This document shows positions 8,492 to 19,041 of a stretch of DNA of 64,000 nucleotides, in pieces (position 1 is the stretch's first letter; each line of letters starts with the position of its first letter). Origin of the DNA: Alphaproteobacteria bacterium (GTDB taxonomy: Bacteria; Pseudomonadota; Alphaproteobacteria; Bin95). The translations under genes were made by a program, and so were the position numbers. Location: positions 7,740-71,739 of the forward strand of contig JAJDYL010000101.1 of assembly GCA_022825195.1 (NCBI GenBank), given 5' to 3'. A model generated the notes under the pieces. It saw only the letters and a program-made list of their open reading frames with translations, was not told the origin of the DNA and ran no database searches.

Positions 8492-10135
8492 GTGATTTTC
8501 GATCCGATTCTTCCGGCCTGGCGGGCGGAAAAGCACCGCGCCGAGGGCCATTGGCGCGACCGCATCCTGCTCGACTATTTCGACGAGGCTGTTGCGCGCA
8601 AGCCGGACGCCGTCGCGGTCGTCGCCCGTTGCATGGAGGACGGCGGCGAGACCGTGCTGTCCTGGCGCCAGCTCAAGCGGCTTTCCGACAGGATGGCCCT
8701 CGGCCTTCACATGCACGGTCTGCGGAAGGGAGATGTGCTCGCCTTCCAGCTCCCCAACTGGTGGCAGTTTTATTGCTTGCACATTGCCTGTCTTCGCATC
8801 GGCGTCTGCTCCAACCCGCTGATGCCGATTTTCCGCGAGCGCGAGCTGGCCTTCATGGTCGATTTTGCGGAAGCGAAGGCGCTGGTCACGCCGAAGATGT
8901 TTCGCGGCCACGACCACGCGGCCATGGCGCGGGAGCTCCGGTCCGCATTGCCGAAGCTGGAGCACCTGTTCGTCGTCGGCGAAAACTTCGAGACCGCGCT
9001 GCTGGACCCCACGCTTGACCAGGAGCTGGATGCCGCGACGGTGTTCGCGGCCGGAAGGCCGGACCCGGACGAGGTGATCCAGCTGCTCTACACCTCCGGC
9101 ACGACCGGCGAGCCCAAGGGGGTGATGCACACCTCCAACACGCTGATCGCCATGGTGATGAGCTATGTCGAGCGCATCGGCCTCGGCGAGGACACGGCGA
9201 TCCTGATGGGCTCTCCGTTGGCGCACCAGACGGGGTTCATGTACGGCCTGATGCTCTCGCCCGTGCTCGGCGCCAAGACCTGCTACCTCGACATCTGGGA
9301 TCCGGAGGCGGCGCTTCGGCTGATCCAGGACGAGGCCGTGACCTTCACCATGGGGGCGACGCCGTTCCTGGCCGACCTCGCCAACAGCCCCGTGCTCGAC
9401 CGCTACGACATTTCGAGCCTGGAGGCCTTCGTGTCCGCCGGGGCGCCGATCCCGCGCGTGCTGGTCGAACAGGCCGGAGAGCGCCTCGGCTGTTTCGTCC
9501 ATTCCGGCTGGGGCATGACCGAAAACGGCTTCGGCTCGGGCACGAGGAGGACCGACCCGCCGGCGCGCGTGTTCGGGACGGACGGCAGCGCCGTGTCCTG
9601 CCTGGAAGTGCGCGTGGTCGGGGAAGACGGAGCGCCGGTTCCGGACGACGAGGAAGGGCGCCTGCAGGTGCGGGGCGCCGGCCAGTTCGTCGGCTATCTG
9701 AAGCGCCCGGAGCGCTACGACACGGACGCGGACGGGTGGTTCGAGACCGGCGACAATGCCCGGATGGACGCCGACCGCTATATCAGGATATCGGGCCGGT
9801 CCAAGGACATCATCATCCGGGGCGGCGAGAACATTCCCATCGTCGAGGTCGAGGAACTGCTCTACCGGCATCCCGGGGTGGCGGACTGCGCCATCGTCGC
9901 CATGCCGGACGACCGCCTCGGCGAGCGGGCATGCGCCTTCGTGACGCTTCGGCCCGGTGCGGAGACGCTGACGTTCGATGCGATGTGCGGCTTCCTGCTG
10001 GAGCGCCGGCTGGCGAAGCCTTACCTGCCCGAGCGCCTGGAACTGGTGGACGCCATGCCGCGCACGGCTTCCGGGAAGATCCAGAAATTCCGCCTGCGCG
10101 AACTCGCGGCCGATCTCAGGCCAATGCGGGAATGA
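8492..10135 (+). CDS. AMP-dependent acyl-CoA synthetase/ligase
   Basis: AMP-binding signature LYTSGTTGEPKGVMHTSNT and C-terminal GEN/SGKIQK motifs. GTG start. Confidence 0.85.
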   Translation: MIFDPILPAWRAEKHRAEGHWRDRILLDYFDEAVARKPDAVAVVARCMEDGGETVLSWRQLKRLSDRMALGLHMHGLRKGDVLAFQLPNWWQFYCLHIACLRIGVCSNPLMPIFRERELAFMVDFAEAKALVTPKMFRGHDHAAMARELRSALPKLEHLFVVGENFETALLDPTLDQELDAATVFAAGRPDPDEVIQLLYTSGTTGEPKGVMHTSNTLIAMVMSYVERIGLGEDTAILMGSPLAHQTGFMYGLMLSPVLGAKTCYLDIWDPEAALRLIQDEAVTFTMGATPFLADLANSPVLDRYDISSLEAFVSAGAPIPRVLVEQAGERLGCFVHSGWGMTENGFGSGTRRTDPPARVFGTDGSAVSCLEVRVVGEDGAPVPDDEEGRLQVRGAGQFVGYLKRPERYDTDADGWFETGDNARMDADRYIRISGRSKDIIIRGGENIPIVEVEELLYRHPGVADCAIVAMPDDRLGERACAFVTLRPGAETLTFDAMCGFLLERRLAKPYLPERLELVDAMPRTASGKIQKFRLRELAADLRPMRE

Positions 10136-10964
10136 GCGCACCGAACGCGTCCAGGAAGGGCAGGGCCTTCTCCGTATAGCGCGGCGCGACGAGCACGGCG
10201 CGCTCGATGCGCGGATTATCCGCGAGCTTCCGCAACGCCTGCTCATTGGCGCCGTTGAAGGCGAACACGGAGACGGAGATGGTTGCGGGGTCGCGTCCGG
10301 CTTCGGCAGCCTGCCGGTCGAGTTCGGCGGTTGCGGCGGGGAAATCGTCCAGCAGCACGTCGATCGGCATCCAGCCGTCGCAATAGCGCACCGTGCGCTT
10401 CAGCCCGAGCGGTGTGGCGCCGCCATAGATGATCGGCGGATGCGGGCTCTGGACCGGCTTCGGGTAGGAGACGATCCGGTCGAAGCGGACGAACTCGCCT
10501 TCGTAGCTCGCCTCCTCTTCGGTCCAGATCGCCTTCATGGCCTCGACGCGCTCCCGCAGCAACTGCCAGCGCCGCGTGAAGTCGGTGCCGTGATTGGCCA
10601 TTTCCTCCGCATTCCAGCCGCCGCCGATGCCGAGCAGCAGGCGTCCGCCCGACAGGTAGTCGAGCGTTGCGGCTTCCTTCGCCAGCACGATCGGGTCGCG
10701 CTCGATCACGAGGCAGACCGCGGTTCCGACCTTGATGGTCGATGTGGCACCGGCCGCCGCCATCAGCGACACGAAGGGGTCGGCCATGTGGTAATAGGGC
10801 TTCGGCAAGGGGTCGCCGCCGGGATAGGGCGTCTCGCGGCTCGCGGGGATGTGGGTGTGCTCGCCGACCCAGAAGGACTCGAAGCCCCGCTCCTCCGCGG
10901 CCCGGGCCAGTTCATCGGGCCGGGTGCCGTATTCCGTGTTGTAGCTGAAGATGCCGAGCTTCAT
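10116..10964 (-). CDS. Luciferase-like (LLM class) flavin/F420-dependent oxidoreductase
   Basis: LLM fold motifs (FESFWVGEH, GGRLLLGIGGGW). GAGAGGGGG RBS upstream. Confidence 0.75.
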   Translation of the reverse strand: MKLGIFSYNTEYGTRPDELARAAEERGFESFWVGEHTHIPASRETPYPGGDPLPKPYYHMADPFVSLMAAAGATSTIKVGTAVCLVIERDPIVLAKEAATLDYLSGGRLLLGIGGGWNAEEMANHGTDFTRRWQLLRERVEAMKAIWTEEEASYEGEFVRFDRIVSYPKPVQSPHPPIIYGGATPLGLKRTVRYCDGWMPIDVLLDDFPAATAELDRQAAEAGRDPATISVSVFAFNGANEQALRKLADNPRIERAVLVAPRYTEKALPFLDAFGALIPALA

Positions 10965-11110
10965 CGCCGCCCCCTCTCGCAGTGCCGGGGAAGCCTAAAG
11001 CGATTCAGGCGCGGGGAAAGACCCTCCGGCCGGACCAGGATGTGCTTTCGCACAGCGGACGGGCGGGATAGGGTTGCGGCGAGGTTCGCTAAAGCGGAAG
11101 GCAGGCGCAG

Positions 11111-11884
11111 ATGGCCGATCTGGCGCAACGCTTGTGGGAAGCCCGGCGGGGCGGAACCCTGGTCGAGACGGCTGCGAGGCGGGAACTTGCCGGTCTGGAC
11201 GATGCCTATCATGTGCAGGACGAGGCCGTGCGCGTGTCCGGTTATGCGCGCACCGGCTGGAAGGTCGGGTCCACCAGTGCCGAGGCCCGGCGCAAGCTCG
11301 GCACCGACCGGCCGGGGGCTGGCGCGCTGCTTGAGCCTTTCTGCTTCGAGGACGGTGCGGAGGTGCCGGTCTTCGCCGCGCATGCGCCGGCTGTCGAGGG
11401 CGAGTTCGTATTCGCGATGGGCGAGGGCCTGCCGCCGCGCGACGCGCCGTTCGAGCGCGCCGAGGTCCTGGCTGCGGTCATGGGCGTCGCCGGCGGCATC
11501 GAGGTCGTCGGCTCGCGCTTCGAGGGCGGGCTTGCCGGACTCGGCCGGGAAGGCGTGACGGCCGATTTCGGCGCCAATATCGCCTTTGTCGAGGGCGAGA
11601 CGCGGCCCGACTGGCGGGACCGGGACCTGCGGGATGCCCGCGTGGCGCTGTCTGTAGACGGCGAGGCGCTGGCCGAGGGCACGGGATCGCTGGCGCTCGG
11701 CGACCCGGCGCTGGTGCTACTCTGGCTCGCCAACCATCTGCGCGAGCGCGGCGACGGGCTGCGCGCCGGCGACCGCGTGACCACCGGCACCTGCACCGGC
11801 GTGGCCGCAATCCGGCCCGGCGCGCGCGTGCTGGCGGATTTCGGAGAACTCGGTCGGGTCGGTTTCACCGCGGTTCCGGCATAG
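11111..11884 (+). CDS. 2-keto-4-pentenoate hydratase-like (MhpD/FAH-family) hydratase
   Basis: Similarity pattern of the 2-oxopent-4-enoate hydratase family (AYHVQDEAV...WKVG). Confidence 0.65.
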   Translation: MADLAQRLWEARRGGTLVETAARRELAGLDDAYHVQDEAVRVSGYARTGWKVGSTSAEARRKLGTDRPGAGALLEPFCFEDGAEVPVFAAHAPAVEGEFVFAMGEGLPPRDAPFERAEVLAAVMGVAGGIEVVGSRFEGGLAGLGREGVTADFGANIAFVEGETRPDWRDRDLRDARVALSVDGEALAEGTGSLALGDPALVLLWLANHLRERGDGLRAGDRVTTGTCTGVAAIRPGARVLADFGELGRVGFTAVPA

Positions 11885-11973
11885 GGGCGCCGAGGTCGGG
11901 TCACAAGGCTGCCGCAATTGATAGTGACACGGTTCTCGTGTAAAACGGAATCCGTGTAATTGGAGGCCCCAAG

Positions 11974-12201
11974 ATGAACCTCACGATCTCTATAGACGAC
12001 GACATTCTCGAACACGCCCGGATCAGGGCAATTCGGGAAAAGACGTCCGTCAATGCAGTCGTGCGGGAATATCTGCACGCCTATGCGGGAGTTGACCGTC
12101 AACGCGCCGAAGCCTGCGATTCGCTGTTGGCCTTGTCGCAGGCGAGCGGTTCCCGGCGGGGTGGGGCGGTCTGGACGCGCAGCGAACTCCATGAGCGTTG
12201 A
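11974..12201 (+). CDS. vapB: VapB-type antitoxin (type II TA)
   Basis: 75-aa protein; GGAGG RBS. Overlaps the downstream PIN-domain gene by 11 nt. Confidence 0.65.
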   Translation: MNLTISIDDDILEHARIRAIREKTSVNAVVREYLHAYAGVDRQRAEACDSLLALSQASGSRRGGAVWTRSELHER

Positions 12202-12616
12202 GTGGAAGTTCGTCGACACGAATGTGCTGGTCTATCTGTTCGATGTCGATGCGCCGGACAAACGCGCGCGCGCGCAGGCACTCCTGCGCGAAGAGAAGGA
12301 CTGCATCGTGTTGAGCATACAGGTCCTCGGCGAATTCTATGTGACGGTAACGCGGAAATTCACAGAGTCGTTAAGCCGTGAATCCGCGGCCCGGGCCGTC
12401 GATGCATTCAGCCGGTTTCGCGTCCAGCCGGTTCATCCGGAGACGGTGAACGCCGCCATCCGTCGAAGTCGTTCGACACTGCTGTCCTACTGGGATGCAT
12501 TGATCGTCGAGGCGGCGTTGACCGCCGGAGCGGGCGTGCTCTTTACCGAGGACCTTCAGGACGGCCAGCGGATCGAAGGCTTGCAGATCGTCAATCCGTT
12601 CCGAAGCGGCGGCTGA
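12191..12616 (+). CDS. vapC: VapC PIN-domain toxin
   Basis: FVDTNVLVY...SIQVLGEF...YWDALIV...FTED; PIN acidic residues present. ATG overlaps the stop of the upstream antitoxin. Confidence 0.8.
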   Translation: MSVEWKFVDTNVLVYLFDVDAPDKRARAQALLREEKDCIVLSIQVLGEFYVTVTRKFTESLSRESAARAVDAFSRFRVQPVHPETVNAAIRRSRSTLLSYWDALIVEAALTAGAGVLFTEDLQDGQRIEGLQIVNPFRSGG

Positions 12617-12670
12617 AACAGGGACAGGCGGCACGACGGCTGAGCCCGCTCCTCCGCAAATCGAAGCGAT

Positions 12671-14239
12671 TTGGATGTAAGCATGAGCAAGATCGTCACG
12701 GCTGCGGAGGCGGCGGCGCTGGTGCCTTCCGGCGCGGTTCTGGGCGTGGACGGTTTCGTCGGCTCAGTCTGCCCCGAGGAACTGCTGCTGGCGCTGGAGG
12801 CTCGCTTCCTGGAGACCGGGGAGCCGCACGGGCTGACTGTCATCGCTTCGACCGGCTCTGGCGACACACGCGGGCGCGGCCTCGACCGCCTGCGCCATGA
12901 CGGGATGATCCGCCGGCTCATCACCTCCTATCTCAACCTCAACCGGATGCTGCAGCGCCGGCTGATCGAGAACGAGATCGAGGGCTACCTGCTGCCGCTC
13001 GGCGTCATCGTGCAGCTCTACCGGGAGGTTGCGGCAGGGCGGCCGGGCCTTGTGACCCATGTGGGGCACGGCACTTTCGTCGATCCGGAGCATGGCGGCG
13101 GCAAGGTGAACGCCCGCACGGTCGAGGACTATGTGGAGCGCGTGCGGCTCAGCGGGCGGGACTGGCTGTTCTACCCGTCCGTACGGCTCGATGCCGGATT
13201 GCTCCGGGGCACGACGGCGGACCCGGACGGCAACATCACCATGGAGCGCGAAATCGGTACCTTCCAGGGGCCGAGCTTCGCGCAGGCGGTGCGGAATTCC
13301 GGCGGCACCGTGCTGGCGCAGGTCGAGCGCATTGCGGAGCGCGGCTCGCTCGATCCGAGGAAGGTCGTGATTCCCGGCCATCTCGTGGACCGGGTGGTCG
13401 TGGCGCGGCCCGAAAACCACCCGCAGACCTTTGCCACCGCCTACGATCCGGTCTTCGCGGGCGAGGTCCGGGCGGACCTGAGCGGGCGGCCGCCGCAGCC
13501 GCTATCGGTGAAGAAGGTCATCGGCCGGCGCGCGGCGATGGAGCTCCGCCGGGGCGATGTGGTCAATCTCGGCGTAGGCGCGCCCGAATATGTGGCGACG
13601 GTGGCCGGCGAGGAAGGCTGTGGCGACGCCTTCACGCTGACGGTCGAATCCGGCGCGACGGGCGGTTATCCGGCCTATGGACTGTCCTTCGGCGCCGCGA
13701 TCAATCCAAGCTCGGTCATCGACAACACCTACCAGTTCGACTTCTACGACGGCGGAGGTCTGGACATCACCTTCGTCGGCATGGCGGAGCTGGACGCCGC
13801 CGGCAATGTCAACGTCTCGAAGCTGAAGACGCGCATTCCCGGCATCGGCGGCTTCTTCAACGTGACGCAGGGGGCCAAACGGGTGGTGTTCTGCGGCCAG
13901 TTCTCCGCGGGAGAATCGGATATCCGCGCGGGCGGCGGCCGTCTCGACATCCGGAAGGACGGCGACCCGGTCAAGTTCGTCGAGGCAGTGGAGCAGATCA
14001 GCTTCAACGCCCGCGCCGGCCTGGCGCGCGGGCAGTCGATCATGGCGGTGACGGAGCGCTGCGTCTTCCGCATCGAGGAGGCCGGACCGGTGCTCGTCGA
14101 AATCGCGCCGGGAGTCGAGCTCGAACGCGACGTGCTGGCGCGGATGGCCTTCCGGCCCCGTGTCGCCGGGGAGTTGCAGGAAATGCCGGCTGCGCTCTTC
14201 CGGGACGAGCCGATCGGGCTGGCGGCGCGGCTTTCCTGA
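12671..14239 (+). CDS. Acyl-CoA:carboxylate CoA-transferase (propionate CoA-transferase/COG4670 family)
   Basis: About 520 aa with the family layout (ESGATGG, GIGGFFNVTQGAKRVVF). An alternative start at MSKIV (12683) is possible. Confidence 0.75.
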   Translation: MDVSMSKIVTAAEAAALVPSGAVLGVDGFVGSVCPEELLLALEARFLETGEPHGLTVIASTGSGDTRGRGLDRLRHDGMIRRLITSYLNLNRMLQRRLIENEIEGYLLPLGVIVQLYREVAAGRPGLVTHVGHGTFVDPEHGGGKVNARTVEDYVERVRLSGRDWLFYPSVRLDAGLLRGTTADPDGNITMEREIGTFQGPSFAQAVRNSGGTVLAQVERIAERGSLDPRKVVIPGHLVDRVVVARPENHPQTFATAYDPVFAGEVRADLSGRPPQPLSVKKVIGRRAAMELRRGDVVNLGVGAPEYVATVAGEEGCGDAFTLTVESGATGGYPAYGLSFGAAINPSSVIDNTYQFDFYDGGGLDITFVGMAELDAAGNVNVSKLKTRIPGIGGFFNVTQGAKRVVFCGQFSAGESDIRAGGGRLDIRKDGDPVKFVEAVEQISFNARAGLARGQSIMAVTERCVFRIEEAGPVLVEIAPGVELERDVLARMAFRPRVAGELQEMPAALFRDEPIGLAARLS

Positions 14240-14267
14240 CCCGAAAGCCGCGCCGGACCGAAACCGG

Positions 14268-15584
14268 TCAGCCGACGATATTCTGGATCATCAACCGCGG
14301 CAGCCAGAGCACGATGCCGGGGAAGGCGACGAGCACGGCGACCGTGATGATGTCCGCCACGAAGAACGGCCAGATACCCTTGAAGACTTCCTCCAGCGGG
14401 ATATCCGGACGCACGCCGTTGACGACGAAGCAATTGAGCCCGATGGGCGGCGTGACCAGGCAGACCTCCACCATCTTGACGATGATGATGCCGAACCAGA
14501 CCGGGTCGTAGCCGAGCGCCGTGACCGCCGGATAGACGACCGGCAGGGTCAGCAGCAGCATCCCGATGCCGTCCATGAACATGCCCAGCACGACATAGGC
14601 GAGCAGGATCAGGATCATCACGACCAGCGGCGGCACATCGATGCTGACTATGAAGGTAGCAAACGCCTCGGGCAGGCCCGAGAAGCCGAGGAACCGCACA
14701 TAGATCAGGATCGACCAGATGATCGTGAAGATGAAAACCGTGAGCTTCGCGGTTTCCATGAGCGATTCGCGCAAGTTTGCGAGGCTCATATTGCGCTTCG
14801 CAAGCGCAATCAGGAAGATCACGAATGCGGCGACGCCGCCGACTTCGGTCGGGGTCATCACGCCCGTGTAGATGCCGCCCAGGATGATGAAGATCACGAA
14901 GAAGATGCCGGAAGCCCCTGCCAGGGACCGGAACTTCTCGGCCAGCGGAACAGCAGACACCGGCGCGCCCAGAGACGGGTTCAGCTTGCAGCGAAAGATA
15001 ATCAGCGCCGCATAGATAACCGCCGAAAGCGCGCCGGGTATGAATCCCGCGAGCAGCAATGCGCCCACCGATTCCTCGACGATGATGGCGTAGATCACCA
15101 GGATGGCGCTCGGCGGGATGAGCGACGCGAGCGTGCCGCCGGCGGCAACGACGCCGGCTGCGAGGCTGCGCTCGTAGCCGTATTTCAGCATTTCCGGAAT
15201 CGCGACGCGGCTGAACACGGCGGCCGTTGCCGTCGAGGCGCCGGACACCGCAGCGAAACCGGCGGTCGCGAACACGGTCGCGACGGCAAGCCCGCCGGGC
15301 AACGTGCCCAGCCAGCATCTGGCCGCGTAGAACGCGCTCCGGGTCAGCCCGGCATAGAACGCCAGGAAACCGATGAGGATGAACATCGGAAGCACCGACA
15401 GGGTGACATGGCTGACCTGGGAATGGGCGAGCAGGCCGGCGAGACCGGCTCCGGGGTCGTAACCCCGCAGCATTATCAGCCCGATGACGCCTGCAATTCC
15501 GGAAGCATAGGCTACCCGCACACCGAGCACGACCATCCCGATGATGAACGCGACCGACACGAGACCTGCATTGAACGGATCCAT
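14268..15584 (-). CDS. dctM: TRAP transporter large permease subunit
   Basis: 438 aa, polytopic membrane protein with DctM-family features. Confidence 0.85.
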   Translation of the reverse strand: MDPFNAGLVSVAFIIGMVVLGVRVAYASGIAGVIGLIMLRGYDPGAGLAGLLAHSQVSHVTLSVLPMFILIGFLAFYAGLTRSAFYAARCWLGTLPGGLAVATVFATAGFAAVSGASTATAAVFSRVAIPEMLKYGYERSLAAGVVAAGGTLASLIPPSAILVIYAIIVEESVGALLLAGFIPGALSAVIYAALIIFRCKLNPSLGAPVSAVPLAEKFRSLAGASGIFFVIFIILGGIYTGVMTPTEVGGVAAFVIFLIALAKRNMSLANLRESLMETAKLTVFIFTIIWSILIYVRFLGFSGLPEAFATFIVSIDVPPLVVMILILLAYVVLGMFMDGIGMLLLTLPVVYPAVTALGYDPVWFGIIIVKMVEVCLVTPPIGLNCFVVNGVRPDIPLEEVFKGIWPFFVADIITVAVLVAFPGIVLWLPRLMIQNIVG

Positions 15585-15598
15585 AACCGCAAACCCCC

Positions 15599-16255
15599 TT
15601 AAGCCTTGGAGCTGCCGTCGGACGGATCCGTCGGGCCTTCGCTCTCTCGTCCCATGACCTCTTCGATCTCCGCCCTGGCATGCTCCGCGGCGTCCATGAT
15701 GACCGGCACCGCCTGCGGAACCTTGTCAGGATCGAGCGCCAACCGTCCATAGCCCCAAACCTGGATGATCAACCGTATGCACAGCAGGACCAGAGCGATG
15801 GGAACGACCAGTTTTCCAGGCCAGGTCTGGAGTTGCACGTCGATCGTGCTGTCGCCCTCGATGATGGACCTCAGAAAATGCTCCCAGCTCTTGTCGATGA
15901 TAATGAGGCAATAGACGACGCCGATGCAGACGGCGAAACATTCGACGCCCCACAACAATCTGCCGCGCATCTTTGCGACAACCAGTTCCATACGAACATG
16001 CACGCCCAGCCTCTGCGCGTAAGCGGCAGGGAGGAAAGCAAAGATCGCCATGTAAACTTCAATCCAGTCGATCGCGCCCGGAATCGGCCGGTTGAACACA
16101 TATCGGCCAATGACTTCGCAGACGACAAACAGCATCAACAAGAAGATAAACGCTGCCGCGAAAAGCGTGACGGCATCCTCTATGCGGCCGAAAAAGCGAT
16201 CTATACTCGACAAAGCGCTGTTCTGGCGCCCGTTTTGCGTCTGAGCCTGAGCCAT
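15599..16255 (-). CDS. dctQ: TRAP transporter small permease subunit
   Basis: 218 aa, four TM helices, located between dctM and dctP. Confidence 0.8.
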   Translation of the reverse strand: MAQAQTQNGRQNSALSSIDRFFGRIEDAVTLFAAAFIFLLMLFVVCEVIGRYVFNRPIPGAIDWIEVYMAIFAFLPAAYAQRLGVHVRMELVVAKMRGRLLWGVECFAVCIGVVYCLIIIDKSWEHFLRSIIEGDSTIDVQLQTWPGKLVVPIALVLLCIRLIIQVWGYGRLALDPDKVPQAVPVIMDAAEHARAEIEEVMGRESEGPTDPSDGSSKA

Positions 16256-16344
16256 AGAATTCGCTTCCTCCCCTTATGACAAACAACAGAATGGGGCCGC
16301 TCTCGGCGGAACGGCCCCACTCAGACTTATGAGGACTACGGCCT

Positions 16345-17379
16345 CTATGCTTCCTTGTTGTGATGCGCCGCGCGCTCGAGAACGAAGTCGAGAAGCTCTT
16401 GCGCGGGAAGCTTGTCCTTGTTCTCTGCAACCCACTCGTTCCAGACCGGCTCCGCACCGATCTTCACGAACTCGGCATGCTGCTCCTTGGTGAACTCCAC
16501 CCGCTCCATGGCCTTTTCGTAGATCGGGATCCACTTCTTGTCGGCCTCTACGTAAGCGGAGATCAACGCGTTGTAGGAGTTCCACTTCATCTCGTCGTTG
16601 AACAGCGCCCGGTATTCGTCCGGGAGGGCGTTGTAGGCAGTGACGCTCATGATCTGCGGGCAGAAGACCGATCCCAGCGCCATCCCTTCCGTGTACCACT
16701 TGGCGACTTCGTGGTGCCTGTAGGCGCCGAAGGCGTAGCTGTAGGGGAAGGTCATCACCTGGATGGTGCCGCGCTCGAGGGCCGTGTAGCTCTCCGACGC
16801 CGTCACCGTAGTTGGAACTGCGCCCAGCTTGTCGAAGAACTGGCCGATGCCGCCGAGACCGCGGACCCGCAAGCCCTCGAAGTCCGCCGCGCTCCTCGGC
16901 GGGTCGCCGACGCCCATCGCCTCATATTGCGGCAGGATGCCGGAGAAGATGGGGATGGCGTTCCAGCGCTTCATCTCCTTCTTGAATTCCGGATGCCCGA
17001 TGAAGTCCTCATGCACCTTCGCCTGCACCGTCAGGTCGGAGATGGGCAGGAACGGCAGGTCCAGCACCGTGCCGGCCGGGTTCTTGCCGGGATGGTAGGA
17101 GGTGCACATCATCGCGGCTTCGTGGCTGCCGATCTTGATGCCGTCGATGTTCTCCTTCGAGGGCGAGATCGCCTCGCCGTAATGAACCTTGAGCTTGAAA
17201 TTGCCCCCCGATTTCTCGGCGAGATATTCGCTCATTGCGTCGATGCCCTTGGTGAAGGCCCGCGGCTTGCCCCAGGCGGAGAAGTTCCAGAGCACCTCAT
17301 CGGCGGCGGAAGCGGACACGGCGACGCCTCCCACCATGGCCGCCGCGGCTACGCCGCATGCCAGACGTACGATCTTCAT
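16345..17379 (-). CDS. dctP: TRAP transporter substrate-binding protein
   Basis: Start taken at MKIVRLA (signal peptide; AAGGGAG RBS). The track ORF extends 31 codons further upstream. Confidence 0.8.
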   Translation of the reverse strand: MKIVRLACGVAAAAMVGGVAVSASAADEVLWNFSAWGKPRAFTKGIDAMSEYLAEKSGGNFKLKVHYGEAISPSKENIDGIKIGSHEAAMMCTSYHPGKNPAGTVLDLPFLPISDLTVQAKVHEDFIGHPEFKKEMKRWNAIPIFSGILPQYEAMGVGDPPRSAADFEGLRVRGLGGIGQFFDKLGAVPTTVTASESYTALERGTIQVMTFPYSYAFGAYRHHEVAKWYTEGMALGSVFCPQIMSVTAYNALPDEYRALFNDEMKWNSYNALISAYVEADKKWIPIYEKAMERVEFTKEQHAEFVKIGAEPVWNEWVAENKDKLPAQELLDFVLERAAHHNKEA

Positions 17380-17579
17380 GTTTGCACTCCCTTGGTCGCT
17401 GGATGTTTCCCCTCTGGCGAGGACCCAATCCGTCGGTCGTTCACAATAGCAAGTCCGGATACGCGCCTGCAAGCCGGTCGAAACACGGCCTCGGACAAGG
17501 CTGACCCGTTGCCGGGGGCCGCCGGGACGGCGCCGCGGCGCTGCTTAACCCTGCCCGCCCGCTTTGGTAGCCTTCGTGC

Positions 17580-18260
17580 ATGGACAGTCTGGAACAGAGC
17601 GCCGCCGCCGCGCGGCTGGCGGCGGTCACGGGCCGCATAGGCGCGGCTGCCAAGGCTGCCGGGCGCGATGCCGCTTCCGTCCGGCTGGTTGCGGTGTCGA
17701 AGTTGCAGCCGGAGGCGCGGGTCTCGGGAGCTTTGGAAGCCGGGCACCGGCTGTTCGGGGAGAACCGGGTGCAGGAGGCCGAGGCGCGCTGGCCGGCGTT
17801 CAAGGAACGCTACCCCGATATCCGGCTCCACCTGATCGGCGGGTTGCAGACGAACAAGGTGCGGGCTGCGGTGCAATTGTTCGACGTAATCGAGACGGTG
17901 GACCGGCCCCGGCTCGCGGCCGCGCTGGCGCGCGAGTTCGAGCGGGCGGGCAGGGCGCTTCCCTGCTTCGTGCAGGTCAACACCGGCGATGAACCGCAGA
18001 AGAGCGGCGTGTCGCCGGCCCGGCTCGACGGGTTTCTGGACGAGTGCCGCACCGTGTACGGCCTCGAAGTGGTCGGGCTGATGTGCATACCGCCTGCCGA
18101 GGACCCGCCCGGCCCGCATTTCGCCTTTCTGCGCGAGGCGGCCCGGCGCAACGGTCTGGAGGGGCTGTCGATGGGCATGAGCGCCGACTTCGAAACGGCA
18201 ATTCGCTTCGGCGCGACCCATGTGCGGGTCGGCAGCGCTGTGTTCGGCGCCCGCGGCTGA
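17580..18260 (+). CDS. yggS: YggS-family pyridoxal-phosphate homeostasis protein
   Basis: 226 aa with alanine-racemase N-terminal-like fold motifs (VAVSKLQ, LIGGLQTNK, VGLMCIPP). Confidence 0.85.
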   Translation: MDSLEQSAAAARLAAVTGRIGAAAKAAGRDAASVRLVAVSKLQPEARVSGALEAGHRLFGENRVQEAEARWPAFKERYPDIRLHLIGGLQTNKVRAAVQLFDVIETVDRPRLAAALAREFERAGRALPCFVQVNTGDEPQKSGVSPARLDGFLDECRTVYGLEVVGLMCIPPAEDPPGPHFAFLREAARRNGLEGLSMGMSADFETAIRFGATHVRVGSAVFGARG

Positions 18261-18356
18261 CAGGCGCCGCTGCCGCCCCGCGCCGCTTGCCCGAATCGCC
18301 TCGCGCCCGCACTTGTGGTAGCGTCCGGACGGACTTTCTTCCCGGAGACCGGCCGA

Positions 18357-19040
18357 ATGGCGCGCACGATTTTGCTCGTGGACGACGATGAAATGCTGCG
18401 CAGCGTTCTCGCCGAGCAATTTGCACTGAATGGCGAATTCGCGACCCAGGAGGCCGGCACGGCGGGAGAGGCGGTCGACGCCATAGCATCGGAGCAGTTC
18501 GACGCCGTCATTCTCGACGTCGGTCTGCCGGACATGGACGGGCGCGAATTGTGCCGGTCGATGCGGAGCCAGGGGGTGAAGGTTCCGATCCTGATGCTGA
18601 CCGGCGTGGATACCGACGCCGACGCCGTTCTCGGCCTCGATGCGGGCGCAAACGACTATGTCGCCAAGCCGTTCAGGTTCGAGGTGCTTCGGGCCCGCCT
18701 CAGGGCGCATCTGCGCCAGCACCAGGAGAGCCATGACGCTTCGCTCGATATTGGCGGATACAAGTTCCGGCCCGCGTACAAGCAGCTTCTGGACGGGGAG
18801 GACGGCAGAACGGTGCGCCTGACGGAGAAGGAGACAGCCATCCTGCAATATCTCTACCGGGCCGACGGCGAGACCGTCAGCCGGGAGACACTGCTTCGGG
18901 AGGTCTGGGGATACCGGCCCGGCGTAACCACGCACACGCTCGAGACGCACATCTACCGCCTGAGACAGAAAATCGAGCGCGGCCCCTCCAGCGCCCGGAT
19001 CCTGGTGACGGAACCGGGCGGATACCGATTGGCATCCTGA
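18357..19040 (+). CDS. OmpR-family two-component response regulator
   Basis: Receiver domain (LLVDDD...ILDVGLPDMDG...KPF) plus winged-helix output domain (RLTEKETAILQYL...YRLRQKIE). Confidence 0.85.
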   Translation: MARTILLVDDDEMLRSVLAEQFALNGEFATQEAGTAGEAVDAIASEQFDAVILDVGLPDMDGRELCRSMRSQGVKVPILMLTGVDTDADAVLGLDAGANDYVAKPFRFEVLRARLRAHLRQHQESHDASLDIGGYKFRPAYKQLLDGEDGRTVRLTEKETAILQYLYRADGETVSRETLLREVWGYRPGVTTHTLETHIYRLRQKIERGPSSARILVTEPGGYRLAS

Positions 19041-19041
19041 C

